From positions 1-64,000 of IMG/VR virus record IMGVR_UViG_3300005289_000016: 64,000 nt of DNA, one strand, 5' to 3'. This document shows, piece after piece, positions 47,815 to 56,576 of the stretch. Every line of letters begins with the position of its first letter. The stretch's first letter is position 1. A program made the translations under genes and the position numbers. The notes under the pieces were generated by a model. That model was not told the origin of the DNA. It saw nothing but the letters and a program-made list of their open reading frames with translations, and ran no database searches.

Positions 47815-48423
47815 GTGCAGAACATCTCAGTACCGATTTCCGAGGTAGTATCTTACCTCGACGATACACTGGACTTGTGGCCTCGTGGTCACAATGTGGA
47901 GAGCAGTGGTCCGGCCCGGAATGAGGCGCTGGTAAACGCAGCAGCAGCTTTCGCGAAAGCCTACATCCGCATGTCGATGAGGCATCTTCGCAGGAAGCCT
48001 GACCCGCTCGAGGAATTGGTTGTAGCACTGGGTTACCCAGTGAAAGCGATGTCTGAGGTAGATGTCGACGAACTGTGTAACGAATGTGACGAACATTACT
48101 TGGCCATCATGTTGACCATGGACCCAATGATCGACACGATCCTGCGGGCTGTTGGTAACCGTGCCGTCGAGTTCCGTCATGTCAAGTTCACCGAAGACCT
48201 GATCATTGAAGTAAAAAGTGACCAGCTCGTAGAACGGTATAAGGACTTGCTCCGTCAAGTCAAACGCATGGCCCCGCCGAAGATGGTGCAGGAAATTGAT
48301 GATCTGGATGAAGTGGCCGAGTACATCGACTACTGCATCAATGAAGTGTTCTCGAACATCAATAACCCGGTCATCAAGGACGAGGTCAAGCGGATGTACA
48401 TGGAGCAGCTCAGCCGTCAGTAA
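47815..48423 (+). CDS. Array member 2
   Basis: GGAG with GTG start (ORF track start 47764). Confidence 0.6.
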   Translation: MQNISVPISEVVSYLDDTLDLWPRGHNVESSGPARNEALVNAAAAFAKAYIRMSMRHLRRKPDPLEELVVALGYPVKAMSEVDVDELCNECDEHYLAIMLTMDPMIDTILRAVGNRAVEFRHVKFTEDLIIEVKSDQLVERYKDLLRQVKRMAPPKMVQEIDDLDEVAEYIDYCINEVFSNINNPVIKDEVKRMYMEQLSRQ

Positions 48424-48435
48424 GCAGGTGCTCAG

Positions 48436-48879
48436 ATGACAACGTTCCTAGTCTCCACTGGGGAAATCGAAACGATGTTCAGGGAGATGTTCCTTGAACA
48501 GCACGGTTCGTGCTTCTCCTCCACTGTAACCAAGGCGATGATTGCCATGGTGAACTCTTACAACCGGACTGAATCGACCTTCTTGGTCGATGATGTGATT
48601 GAGTGTGTAAAGGGCAACCTTTCAGACTACTCCCCCGTGGATGACATCATAGCTCAGTTCCTCCGGTTAGTAGAGACGGGGGTTGATCTAAAGGTGTGCA
48701 TCGTTGAGCTTGAGTACCACCCACAGGACGAAACCCTGTTTGTGACTCAGGCTCAGCGCCCGGTGCCGAAACCTACCCACCGCATAAAGGAAGACTATCA
48801 CCATGCCAAAGAGCAGGGAGATTTCTATCCTGAACGGTTACGTCGAGCGCTCGAAGAACTTATATCCTCGGGCCTATGA
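48436..48879 (+). CDS. Array member 3
   Basis: AGGTG RBS; 147 aa. Confidence 0.6.
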   Translation: MTTFLVSTGEIETMFREMFLEQHGSCFSSTVTKAMIAMVNSYNRTESTFLVDDVIECVKGNLSDYSPVDDIIAQFLRLVETGVDLKVCIVELEYHPQDETLFVTQAQRPVPKPTHRIKEDYHHAKEQGDFYPERLRRALEELISSGL

Positions 48880-49294
48880 GCCATACACGGTAAGCCGGGT
48901 GACTATTGGTGCTCCTGCCAAAGCCACCCGGTACGTATTGGTCGAGTCACCCATGGAACATGATGAGTTCAAGCGTCATTACAGACGGTTGGGCAAGATA
49001 GGCATCATGGTCCCCATGGTTGAGATGATCAACTGCGCTATCATAGCTCGCGACGTTCTCGACACCAGAGCCGGCCGTTCATGGATCAACCGGACACGCG
49101 AATCGGTGCAAGTTGCCGAACGCATGAACATCACTGCCGTCAACAAGATCATGCAGGCCTGCTTCCAAGGCTTGCTCAGGAATGCCTGCTCCGACTGCCG
49201 GGTTCTTGAATACTGTGACGGCGTAATGGTAATAGAGGTGAGACGAGTTGTCAACTGGAATAAGCTCAATCGCTTTGAACCTACCGTACAATGA
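48803..49294 (+). CDS. Array member 4
   Basis: AAGGA upstream of the ATG; start uncertain. Confidence 0.5.
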   Translation: MPKSREISILNGYVERSKNLYPRAYEPYTVSRVTIGAPAKATRYVLVESPMEHDEFKRHYRRLGKIGIMVPMVEMINCAIIARDVLDTRAGRSWINRTRESVQVAERMNITAVNKIMQACFQGLLRNACSDCRVLEYCDGVMVIEVRRVVNWNKLNRFEPTVQ

Positions 49295-49763
49295 GGCATT
49301 CGATATGCTCGGCAAGAAATTAGCCGACCACATTGGTGCCTCTGCTTTACTCTATGCCGCTATAGCGTATTTTGTCTTCGACGACTCCTTCTACTTAGAG
49401 GACATCAACGACAACAACCCAGATTTGGAAGAGGAGATGAGATGGTGGCTTGATGACATCTATTCCACCTTTTACACCCTCTTTGATAACCTCAGGACCT
49501 TTTATGAGACGACCGATAAATCTTCTGGACCAGCTCAGAATTGGCGCACTCGGAAGCCATTCAGCCTCCTCAAGGTTGTCTACTCCGAGGACGATGAAGA
49601 CCTCTACATCCAAGCCTCCAGAGACAAAGGTGATTATTACCTTGGAAACCAGTGGCGAGTTCTTACAGAATGTTGCCCGAGTCCTGGACGCTACCGGCCT
49701 AACTCTCGAGCAACTTTTCGAATACCTCTCCGTCGCCGCTGGAAGGCTCCATCGCACTTCTGA
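49248..49763 (+). CDS. Array member 5
   Basis: GAGGTG with TTG start; acidic core. Confidence 0.5.
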   Translation: MSTGISSIALNLPYNEAFDMLGKKLADHIGASALLYAAIAYFVFDDSFYLEDINDNNPDLEEEMRWWLDDIYSTFYTLFDNLRTFYETTDKSSGPAQNWRTRKPFSLLKVVYSEDDEDLYIQASRDKGDYYLGNQWRVLTECCPSPGRYRPNSRATFRIPLRRRWKAPSHF

Positions 49764-50073
49764 CATGATGATCGAGCCTATGATGAACGATCGACTTCCA
49801 GAGTCGATTCAGGCGGAGTTGTCCAGCATTCTCACTAACGTCGTCGAAGACTTGTCCCATTCAACCAGCCACTTCGTCGACCAGCTCGGCGATTTCCATT
49901 TAGTGGAGGTGCTTGATGATGATCTTGCCGTCGTTGAAATCACTCCCGCAGGAGGAGATACGATCGTTGATCCCGCTAGTGTTGTGCATCCCCGTCGAAG
50001 GAGAATGGTTGTCCGGCATAAACCGAAAACTCTTGGCGGTGACGGTGGCAGCGGTCCTGAGGGGTGTCATTAA
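49630..50073 (+). CDS. Array member 6
   Basis: GTG start (MIITLETSGEF) inferred from the N-terminal pattern shared with neighbours. Confidence 0.45.
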   Translation: MIITLETSGEFLQNVARVLDATGLTLEQLFEYLSVAAGRLHRTSDMMIEPMMNDRLPESIQAELSSILTNVVEDLSHSTSHFVDQLGDFHLVEVLDDDLAVVEITPAGGDTIVDPASVVHPRRRRMVVRHKPKTLGGDGGSGPEGCH

Positions 50074-50317
50074 GAACACCCTTTCGTTGGAATATGGTCA
50101 AGTACTCAGTTATTGGATGAGAGAGTCTGCGGTTCGGAACGTTCTTCGGGATCGACTGATGGTGGAAGTCGACGAAGCTTACGAGCTAGTCGTTCCGGTC
50201 TTCGCGGGCTTTGCAGACAAACTGAGCCGCTTCAGAACACTCGACCATTTGCTGACCGAACTGGTCATGTACAGTCCTTCTGACGGCTCAATCGTTGTGA
50301 GAATATCCAATGGCTGA
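49967..50317 (+). CDS. Array member 7
   Basis: GGAGGAG with TTG start. Confidence 0.5.
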   Translation: MIPLVLCIPVEGEWLSGINRKLLAVTVAAVLRGVIKNTLSLEYGQVLSYWMRESAVRNVLRDRLMVEVDEAYELVVPVFAGFADKLSRFRTLDHLLTELVMYSPSDGSIVVRISNG

Positions 50318-50666
50318 GCGAAACATGATCTTCAATGGAGGCGATATACATGAAGCCTTCCTAACCGATTTGTCCCAAGTCATGGACCACTCGTATGTCA
50401 TTGACGAGATGTATTCGTTCTATGCTGACTGGTGTCGCCGTGGCGAGGTAGCAGTGGACAACTACTGCAAGCCGCTGTATCCCGTTTACCCGGGATCGGC
50501 ACGTGAAGAGCAGGAAGAAGCCGAAGACAATTTCATAGCGCTGAGAAATGCTATGATCAACCTCTACTGTACGATAGACCGTGCAACTCCAGGGCTAGAC
50601 CGCCGCAGCGTCATCCATGCCGCGTACTACCCCGAGGATGAGGCCCTGATCATCGTTGTGCGTTAA
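50310..50666 (+). CDS. Array member 8
   Basis: 118 aa; 8 nt overlap with the upstream gene. Confidence 0.6.
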   Translation: MAERNMIFNGGDIHEAFLTDLSQVMDHSYVIDEMYSFYADWCRRGEVAVDNYCKPLYPVYPGSAREEQEEAEDNFIALRNAMINLYCTIDRATPGLDRRSVIHAAYYPEDEALIIVVR

Positions 50667-50675
50667 GGACCACCC

Positions 50676-50996
50676 ATGATCGTTATCAATACTTCAGAGG
50701 TTCTGGCTGACCTCCTGCCTGAGGTCCGCTACTCTCTCGACCCAGACATGCCACACGACGATGAACTGCCAGCAGCAGTGCGTCGTTACGTGAGGGACTT
50801 GATCCTTCATGCATTCTTCATCGCGCTCAGGGAAGACCTGCGCCATCATGGGGAATGGCTGGCACGAATCCGCCAAGACCGCTCGTTCAGCGCTATCTCA
50901 CACAGGCAGTGGCTGGATGTTGAGGTGGTCGACACAGAAGGGACATTCGTTTTACTCATTGAGGAACCCATGCATGATCACCGATTACAAAGGTAA
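50676..50996 (+). CDS. Array member 9
   Basis: AAGGA RBS; 106 aa. Confidence 0.6.
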   Translation: MIVINTSEVLADLLPEVRYSLDPDMPHDDELPAAVRRYVRDLILHAFFIALREDLRHHGEWLARIRQDRSFSAISHRQWLDVEVVDTEGTFVLLIEEPMHDHRLQR

Positions 50997-51366
50997 GACG
51001 GTCCGCTTCAACACCTTGGCGCCTAACGTACTGGGTGCCAATCGGGACAACGTCACCATCGTGGCCGCTGACTTGGACCTTGACACCGCCGTGCTCATCT
51101 CGGACGTCAAGGCCAAGCACAATCAGGTCAAGAACTACCTCACCAGCCTGCCTCAGTCGGCTGGTTCGTACAGTTACGTGAAGTTGCGTTATGGCAACGG
51201 CAAAGTTGAGGTCCTCGGCGTGCCTTGGATCGACATCAATAGCATCGAAGTAATCACCGACCGCAAGCTGGTGGTAACAGTTGGCAGTGTGAGTGATACT
51301 ACCGAACAACTCGTGCGGCAGGCACTACTCCAAAATGGGATCACGGATTTCAAGATCGACTACTAA
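50974..51366 (+). CDS. Conserved phiKZ gp49-like protein
   Basis: GAGGA RBS; FNTLAPNVLG...VLGVPWIDINSI; upstream of the DNA polymerase. Confidence 0.6.
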   Translation: MITDYKGKTVRFNTLAPNVLGANRDNVTIVAADLDLDTAVLISDVKAKHNQVKNYLTSLPQSAGSYSYVKLRYGNGKVEVLGVPWIDINSIEVITDRKLVVTVGSVSDTTEQLVRQALLQNGITDFKIDY

Positions 51367-51838
51367 CTGGCCTCCAAAGCCACGCAGAAGATCGACACCT
51401 TTTAAGCTGGATTACTCAGGAGGGGCAGAGAATCATCTGATCCTCCCGTATGACGGTGAGTTCTTCGCGGTGTACGGAGATTTCCTCGCCGAGGTCGACA
51501 AGGTTGCGAATCGATTCAATCTAAGCGAGGAAGAGCGCAATGGCCTGTTTTCCCTGACCAACCTCGCCACCCATATCAACATCATGGTCTTGGAAGAAAG
51601 TGGCGTCATGGAGGACACAGAGGCCTTCATGGACGACTGTGCAGCAACTCTCGATGAGAATGCAGCGGCAGCGTTCATTGAAGCTGTGTCCAATTTCCAT
51701 AACGCCGGCATCCGTCCTTATGGCTTTGAGATACTCCGTCAGTTAGAAGCGGAGGTCGAGGGGTTCATGGTAATGGAAGTGGTACCGCTGCGTGAAGAAG
51801 ACAGCATGGTCATCACTGTCGTGAATCTCAGTGAATAA
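51335..51838 (+). CDS. Array member 10 (start uncertain)
   Basis: Acidic core HLILPYDGEF...FMVMEVVPLREEDSMVITVV; followed by a terminator. Confidence 0.5.
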   Translation: MGSRISRSTTNWPPKPRRRSTPFKLDYSGGAENHLILPYDGEFFAVYGDFLAEVDKVANRFNLSEEERNGLFSLTNLATHINIMVLEESGVMEDTEAFMDDCAATLDENAAAAFIEAVSNFHNAGIRPYGFEILRQLEAEVEGFMVMEVVPLREEDSMVITVVNLSE

Positions 51839-51842
51839 AAAC

Positions 51843-51886
51843 GGAGGAGGGCTCTATTATGAGCCACTCCTCTTTCTTTTTCTTTT
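51843..51886 (+). terminator. Rho-independent terminator
   Basis: GGAGGAGGGCTC-TATTAT-GAGCCACTCCTCT followed by a T-tract. Confidence 0.6.
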
Positions 51887-51907
51887 GCCGTATCAAGGGC
51901 CCAACTG

Positions 51908-54199
51908 ATGGAAAATCCGTTTGTACTTCCGAAGGAAGCCTATACCCGTGACCTCGACTTGCTGAAGGGGTACTTTGAACAAAATACCCACTATCTGCAT
52001 CGGATGACCGGGCAGCCGGAAGACAAGTGCTTGGCGTTCCTGAAGCGTACACTCTCCCGAGGTGGGAAGTACCCGCTTCGTGATCCAAACATGCTGGTCT
52101 TGAAACAAGAATCACCGGGCAACCGGGTCAAAACTGAAATGACCCTGCTCAGCTACGTCAAAACCGTGACCGACAGCAACCGAATCATCAGTCCATCGAT
52201 GGTTTGCTACGAGAACCCGAAGGTGTTGAAGTCCCCTTCGGCCAAGTTCGTTGAATCGGGCATCGCAGGCCGTAAGAAAGCCAAGAACGAGATGTTCCTT
52301 GCTCAGGTAGCAGGGGACGAGACCCTTGAGAAGATCAAAGACGCCGAGCAGAACGCCAAGAAGATCGCGATTAACTCGCTGTCAGGTATGCACGGCTTCA
52401 CCGGCAACATCCTGTACGTGAAATCGGGTCACTCCAGCCTGACTTCCATGTGCCGTTCGGCTACCGGCTACGGTAACGCCAGTAACGAGAAGCTCTTGGC
52501 AGGGTCAAGACACTATTGGTCACCCAAGATAACGATTGCGAACATCCTCGCGCTGGTCAAGAGCCAACCGCACGAGGAATTCCGTCAGGTGATGGACGAT
52601 TGTGGCTTCGTGTACCCGTCGACTGAGCAAACCGCTGCCTGTATCAAACGTTCGACCGACCTGTACTGGCGCAATGAGGCTAACTTCCAGAAGATCGTTG
52701 ATCTGATCGAGAAGCTGACTCCGCTAGAGCGTGCAATCGTGATGTACACGGGTGACCTGTACCACATTGCCAAGCTCAACGATGGTTTTGTCCGTGGGTT
52801 CATGGACCGGATCATCAAGCATGAGCCTCGTAACGACCAGACTCAAATCGACGACCCGTTTGATGTGCTGCGCAGCAAGAAGTTCGACGACGACACCAAG
52901 ATGCTGGCTACTTACCTGAACGCCGACGTGACTCGAGGTGAAGACTTCGATTCCATGAAGGAAAAGGGCATGGTTGCGGAGCTGGCATTGGTCGCCAAGT
53001 CTTCGGCCAACATCCAGAACACCTTGCAGGATTACTTCCAGTTCATCCGGGTGTTCCTGACTCCGGTATTGCTAGCACCGACCGTAGCGAACATCAAGGG
53101 CATCCTCCGCCGCGTGGTACTGGCGTCTGACACAGACTCCACGATCTTCACCACGCAAGAATGGGTGACTTGGTACACCGGTAGCGACGTGCGTAGCCGT
53201 GAAGGTGACGGTATCTGGTACACCACGACGTACGTGGCTTGCCAGTGTATCGTGCACGTACTGGCGAAGCTCTCGGCGAACATGGGCGTGATTCAGGAAG
53301 ACCTGCACCGCCTCACCATGAAGAACGAGTACGCCTTCCCGGTCTTTACCTTGACCAGTCGGGCAAAGCACTACTACGCGTTCATGAGTGCTCGTGAAGG
53401 TCGCGTGTACCGTGACTACGAGATGGAGATCAAAGGCGTAGCCCTGCGTTCCTCCACTGTACCGGTGGCAATCATCAAGCAGGCCAAGGCGTTCATGAAG
53501 GAAGTCATGACCCGTGCGGATGAGAACCGTCAGTTCACGCTGGAAGAGCTGTACCTGCTGGTCTGGCGTTTGGAGCAAGACATCTACACCTCGATCAAGT
53601 CCGGGGAACACCGTTACCTGAAGTCAGCACAGATTCAGGAATCGTACCCGAACATGAACAAGGAAGACCCGTTCCGTGAGAAGACGAACTACCGTCACTA
53701 TCACTTCTGGGAAACCGTCTTTGCGCCGAAGTATGGCCACGTAGAGTCTCCACCGTTCTCTGTGATTAAGGTTCCTCTGGCGATCAATAACAAGACCGAC
53801 ATGCAGAGCTGGTTCACTCACGTAGACAACACTGACCCGGACATGGGCGTACGCCTGCGTGACTACTGTGCACGGGCTGGTAAGGACAAGATGGGCACGC
53901 TGATGCTGCCCCTGTCGATCCTGTCGGGCATCGGGATGCCAGATGAGGTCATGGCCATGATCGACGTCCGTCGTCTCACCTACGAGATCCTGGAGTCGTT
54001 CTACATGATCCTCGAGACGCTGGGGATCTTCCAAGTGGACAGCAACTACGTCCGCTTGATCAGCGACATCTATACCCCATCGGGCGAAGTCAACCTACAG
54101 CCCGATCCAACTGACGCTAACAGCATCATCCTCAAAATCGACGAGGGTGAGGAAGAGGAGTACGAGGAAGATGACGGAGAAGACTGGCTTGCCGACTGA
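51908..54199 (+). CDS. Family B DNA polymerase, polymerase-domain subunit (phiKZ gp50-like)
   Basis: QNAKKIAINSLSG (motif B), VVLASDTDSTIF (motif C), KHYY and EIKGV. Confidence 0.88.
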   Translation: MENPFVLPKEAYTRDLDLLKGYFEQNTHYLHRMTGQPEDKCLAFLKRTLSRGGKYPLRDPNMLVLKQESPGNRVKTEMTLLSYVKTVTDSNRIISPSMVCYENPKVLKSPSAKFVESGIAGRKKAKNEMFLAQVAGDETLEKIKDAEQNAKKIAINSLSGMHGFTGNILYVKSGHSSLTSMCRSATGYGNASNEKLLAGSRHYWSPKITIANILALVKSQPHEEFRQVMDDCGFVYPSTEQTAACIKRSTDLYWRNEANFQKIVDLIEKLTPLERAIVMYTGDLYHIAKLNDGFVRGFMDRIIKHEPRNDQTQIDDPFDVLRSKKFDDDTKMLATYLNADVTRGEDFDSMKEKGMVAELALVAKSSANIQNTLQDYFQFIRVFLTPVLLAPTVANIKGILRRVVLASDTDSTIFTTQEWVTWYTGSDVRSREGDGIWYTTTYVACQCIVHVLAKLSANMGVIQEDLHRLTMKNEYAFPVFTLTSRAKHYYAFMSAREGRVYRDYEMEIKGVALRSSTVPVAIIKQAKAFMKEVMTRADENRQFTLEELYLLVWRLEQDIYTSIKSGEHRYLKSAQIQESYPNMNKEDPFREKTNYRHYHFWETVFAPKYGHVESPPFSVIKVPLAINNKTDMQSWFTHVDNTDPDMGVRLRDYCARAGKDKMGTLMLPLSILSGIGMPDEVMAMIDVRRLTYEILESFYMILETLGIFQVDSNYVRLISDIYTPSGEVNLQPDPTDANSIILKIDEGEEEEYEEDDGEDWLAD

Positions 54200-54524
54200 G
54201 TGCAAGGTTTTCCAGTTTCCGGATAGAACGCCCCAAGCATTAACCACTTGGGGTGATCTCTCTAGCAACACCATCGCGCACAACGTCACTGCATCGCTCA
54301 TTGCTGAACCATTCAAGCCTCGATGCGTGGCTGAGGTATTCGCTGAGTTGATGGATGAGGCGGTTACACAGTCCACTATCAGCGGCGTGTCGGTGTACGT
54401 GCTGGCAGAGACGGGTATCCGTCGTCACCGTGGACTCACTGTCCCTGTGGCAAAGTTGCTGACCGAAACCCTAAGAGCATTGAGGAAGGCCGATGAAGCC
54501 CAACGAGAGCGTCTCAACCCTTAG
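54171..54524 (+). CDS. Hypothetical protein
   Basis: GAGGA before ATG; overlaps the end of the polymerase gene. Confidence 0.45.
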   Translation: MTEKTGLPTECKVFQFPDRTPQALTTWGDLSSNTIAHNVTASLIAEPFKPRCVAEVFAELMDEAVTQSTISGVSVYVLAETGIRRHRGLTVPVAKLLTETLRALRKADEAQRERLNP

Positions 54525-55074
54525 AATCACGCCGTGGTCCAAGGTGCATGCTTTCCAGATTCAGCGGGTCGACCGCACGGACTGGATGTTTCATGATGAC
54601 CCATCCTACACCGCTTACGGGTTCAATCCCAAAGAGGTCATGCAGATCGATCCTGATTTCATGCAGCTCTTTAAGCCTGAGGCTGGGCATTGGTTGATCG
54701 TCTGGCCTCATGGGCTGGTGACCTTCCGTGACGACATTACCTTCAAGCAGGACTTCACTCACCGCAGTGGTACGGTGTATGAGACTCCGCTGATGGCGTT
54801 GTTCCAGAAAGGCATGATGGACCCGGAAGCACAAGCCCAGCGTAAGGTGGACGATGTCGCTCGACGGGAACGTCTGCGGGTGCAGGCAGCAGAGTGGGCC
54901 AAAGAGCGTGAGTCACGGCCTACGACGACTATCACACCTGATGGGGTGATGATCCGTCGTGTGATTCCAGGGCTTGTGCCGATGCCTGAGGGCTTCGCAG
55001 TCCAGCCACGGAGTCCACACATCGCTTCACTGCCCATCATGAGCAGTATCTCGATTGATCGTTTGTTTGAGTGA
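54493..55074 (+). CDS. Hypothetical protein
   Basis: GAGGA RBS; ends at a hairpin. Confidence 0.55.
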   Translation: MKPNESVSTLRITPWSKVHAFQIQRVDRTDWMFHDDPSYTAYGFNPKEVMQIDPDFMQLFKPEAGHWLIVWPHGLVTFRDDITFKQDFTHRSGTVYETPLMALFQKGMMDPEAQAQRKVDDVARRERLRVQAAEWAKERESRPTTTITPDGVMIRRVIPGLVPMPEGFAVQPRSPHIASLPIMSSISIDRLFE

Positions 55075-55079
55075 CACGG

Positions 55080-55109
55080 CATAGAGAGGAGCCTAGGCTC
55101 CTCTCTATG
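55080..55109. terminator. Hairpin between convergent genes
   Basis: CATAGAGAGGAGCCTAGGCTCCTCTCTATG, nearly identical to the hairpin at 19402. Confidence 0.75.
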
Positions 55110-55110
55110 T

Positions 55111-56250
55111 TTACAGGGGCTGCTGTGCTGCTTGAGGCGAGGTGTTCAGCAGAGGCAGGACGTTCTTGGCAATGAACGCGTTGATCCCGATCGAAACGTC
55201 CGAGGGCAACTGGTTCACCAAGTACTTACCGCTCTCTGCTTCCGTCAAGCTACGACGGATACGGTTACGGTCAGCGTCGTTCTTCATGTTCTTGGCCAGT
55301 TGGTCGAACTTGAGGAGCATCGCAATCACCGGGAGCCGCGCCATGGTCAAGGCCCAGATGGCTTGGTTGGTGTAGGCAATGTCCGGCATCCGCACTGTCT
55401 GGATCAAGGTATCGCTACCAAACACCGGGATGTTCGACAGGATGTCCTTGTAGTACAGTGTCTGGTTAATGAACCGGGTAGCCAGCTCATTGAGACCCTT
55501 CTCCAGTTTCGGGTAAAGGTCAGCCGTGTAGAACGGCATGGCGCTGTCCACCTTGACGTACCCATCTCCCCCGATGAGGTGGTGCAAGGTGTTCCCAACC
55601 GCCACGTCCAGATGACTGGGCAGGATGTTAGGAATGATGATCTGCGTGAGGAAGTGCGCCACAGGGAAGACAAAGCCCTCAGGGGCCATGCTCGCTGTAG
55701 CCATCCGCCACAGGTGATACTGACAGGCCAGCAGTGGGATGTTGACTTCAAGGACCGCGGTAGCGCCCACGGGCAATCCCTTGATGTCATTCGTCCCGTC
55801 CAGTTCAATAATCCCACAACCCATAATAGGATGTGAGAGTACCCTCACCGGGCTCATATTCCGCCAGTTGAACCAGATCTGGCCTGGAGTGACTTCATCG
55901 TCAGCAATAGCGATGATGACTTCATTCACGCCCTTGCCGTAGAAATGGCTGTGGTTCCTGACCCGCCCGTGGTGGCCGGCGGTGCAGAAGCCCATCTGAC
56001 CAGCGAGTCTGTCGACAATGCTGGAGACACGGAGATAGTAGTCGGGTAGGTCGCCATCGAAAGGGATGTCGACCATGCCCAGGATCTTCTGTAGCACGTG
56101 GTCGCTCTTCAGGTACCCGGGGTTTGATGCCCGTAACTGTTTATAGCGGCCCACCTGTGTGCTCATCAGTTCGCGCTTAACGTAGTCGAGACCGAAGGTG
56201 GCAATGTTAGTCTGCCGGAGCCTCGACTCAGTGTTGAACAGTTGGTACAT
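55111..56250 (-). CDS. Conserved phiKZ-like protein divergent from chmA (gp52-like)
   Basis: Starts MYQLF; contains HFYGKGVNEVII and PVRVLSHP; assignment by synteny. Confidence 0.6.
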   Translation of the reverse strand: MYQLFNTESRLRQTNIATFGLDYVKRELMSTQVGRYKQLRASNPGYLKSDHVLQKILGMVDIPFDGDLPDYYLRVSSIVDRLAGQMGFCTAGHHGRVRNHSHFYGKGVNEVIIAIADDEVTPGQIWFNWRNMSPVRVLSHPIMGCGIIELDGTNDIKGLPVGATAVLEVNIPLLACQYHLWRMATASMAPEGFVFPVAHFLTQIIIPNILPSHLDVAVGNTLHHLIGGDGYVKVDSAMPFYTADLYPKLEKGLNELATRFINQTLYYKDILSNIPVFGSDTLIQTVRMPDIAYTNQAIWALTMARLPVIAMLLKFDQLAKNMKNDADRNRIRRSLTEAESGKYLVNQLPSDVSIGINAFIAKNVLPLLNTSPQAAQQPL

Positions 56251-56477
56251 GGCGATGGTCCATTGGCGGGTAAGTCTCAAAGGATAGCCGGATCTTCTTA
56301 CTAAGGTGGTGCGAGTGGAATCGTAAAAAATAACCTGAGACTGCATATGCTATAGGAGATCTGCTCCGGCTGAGTTTATCGCTCAGCACAAGAGGAGGGT
56401 ATTTCCTTTTCCTGGAAAGATCGCACGTATTTTTAAACCCCCTGGTCGAATCATAATGAGGCTCTCTGCACGAATTC

Positions 56478-56515
56478 CATTCGAACTTCGTACGGTGCTA
56501 CATTATAAAGTTGAA
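56478..56515 (+). promoter_or_regulatory. Putative early promoter of chmA
   Basis: CATTCGAACTTCGTACGGTGCTACATTATAAAGTTGAA, with the same box spacing as the other copies. Confidence 0.65.
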
Positions 56516-56576
56516 TACAGAAGCAAAGCTTCGAGTTCACTAGGCCTAGTAACGTTATTATCCAAGGAGTCACACC

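Noticed and set aside
47466-51838. Decayed pseudogene or diversity-generating retroelement region
   Set aside because: Most ORFs have RBSs and complete, similar architectures. There is no reverse transcriptase or template/variable repeat pair in the window.
19402-55109. CRISPR array or IS terminal repeats suggested by repeated palindromes
   Set aside because: The repeats are dispersed single hairpins at gene ends, with no spacers, cas genes or transposase.
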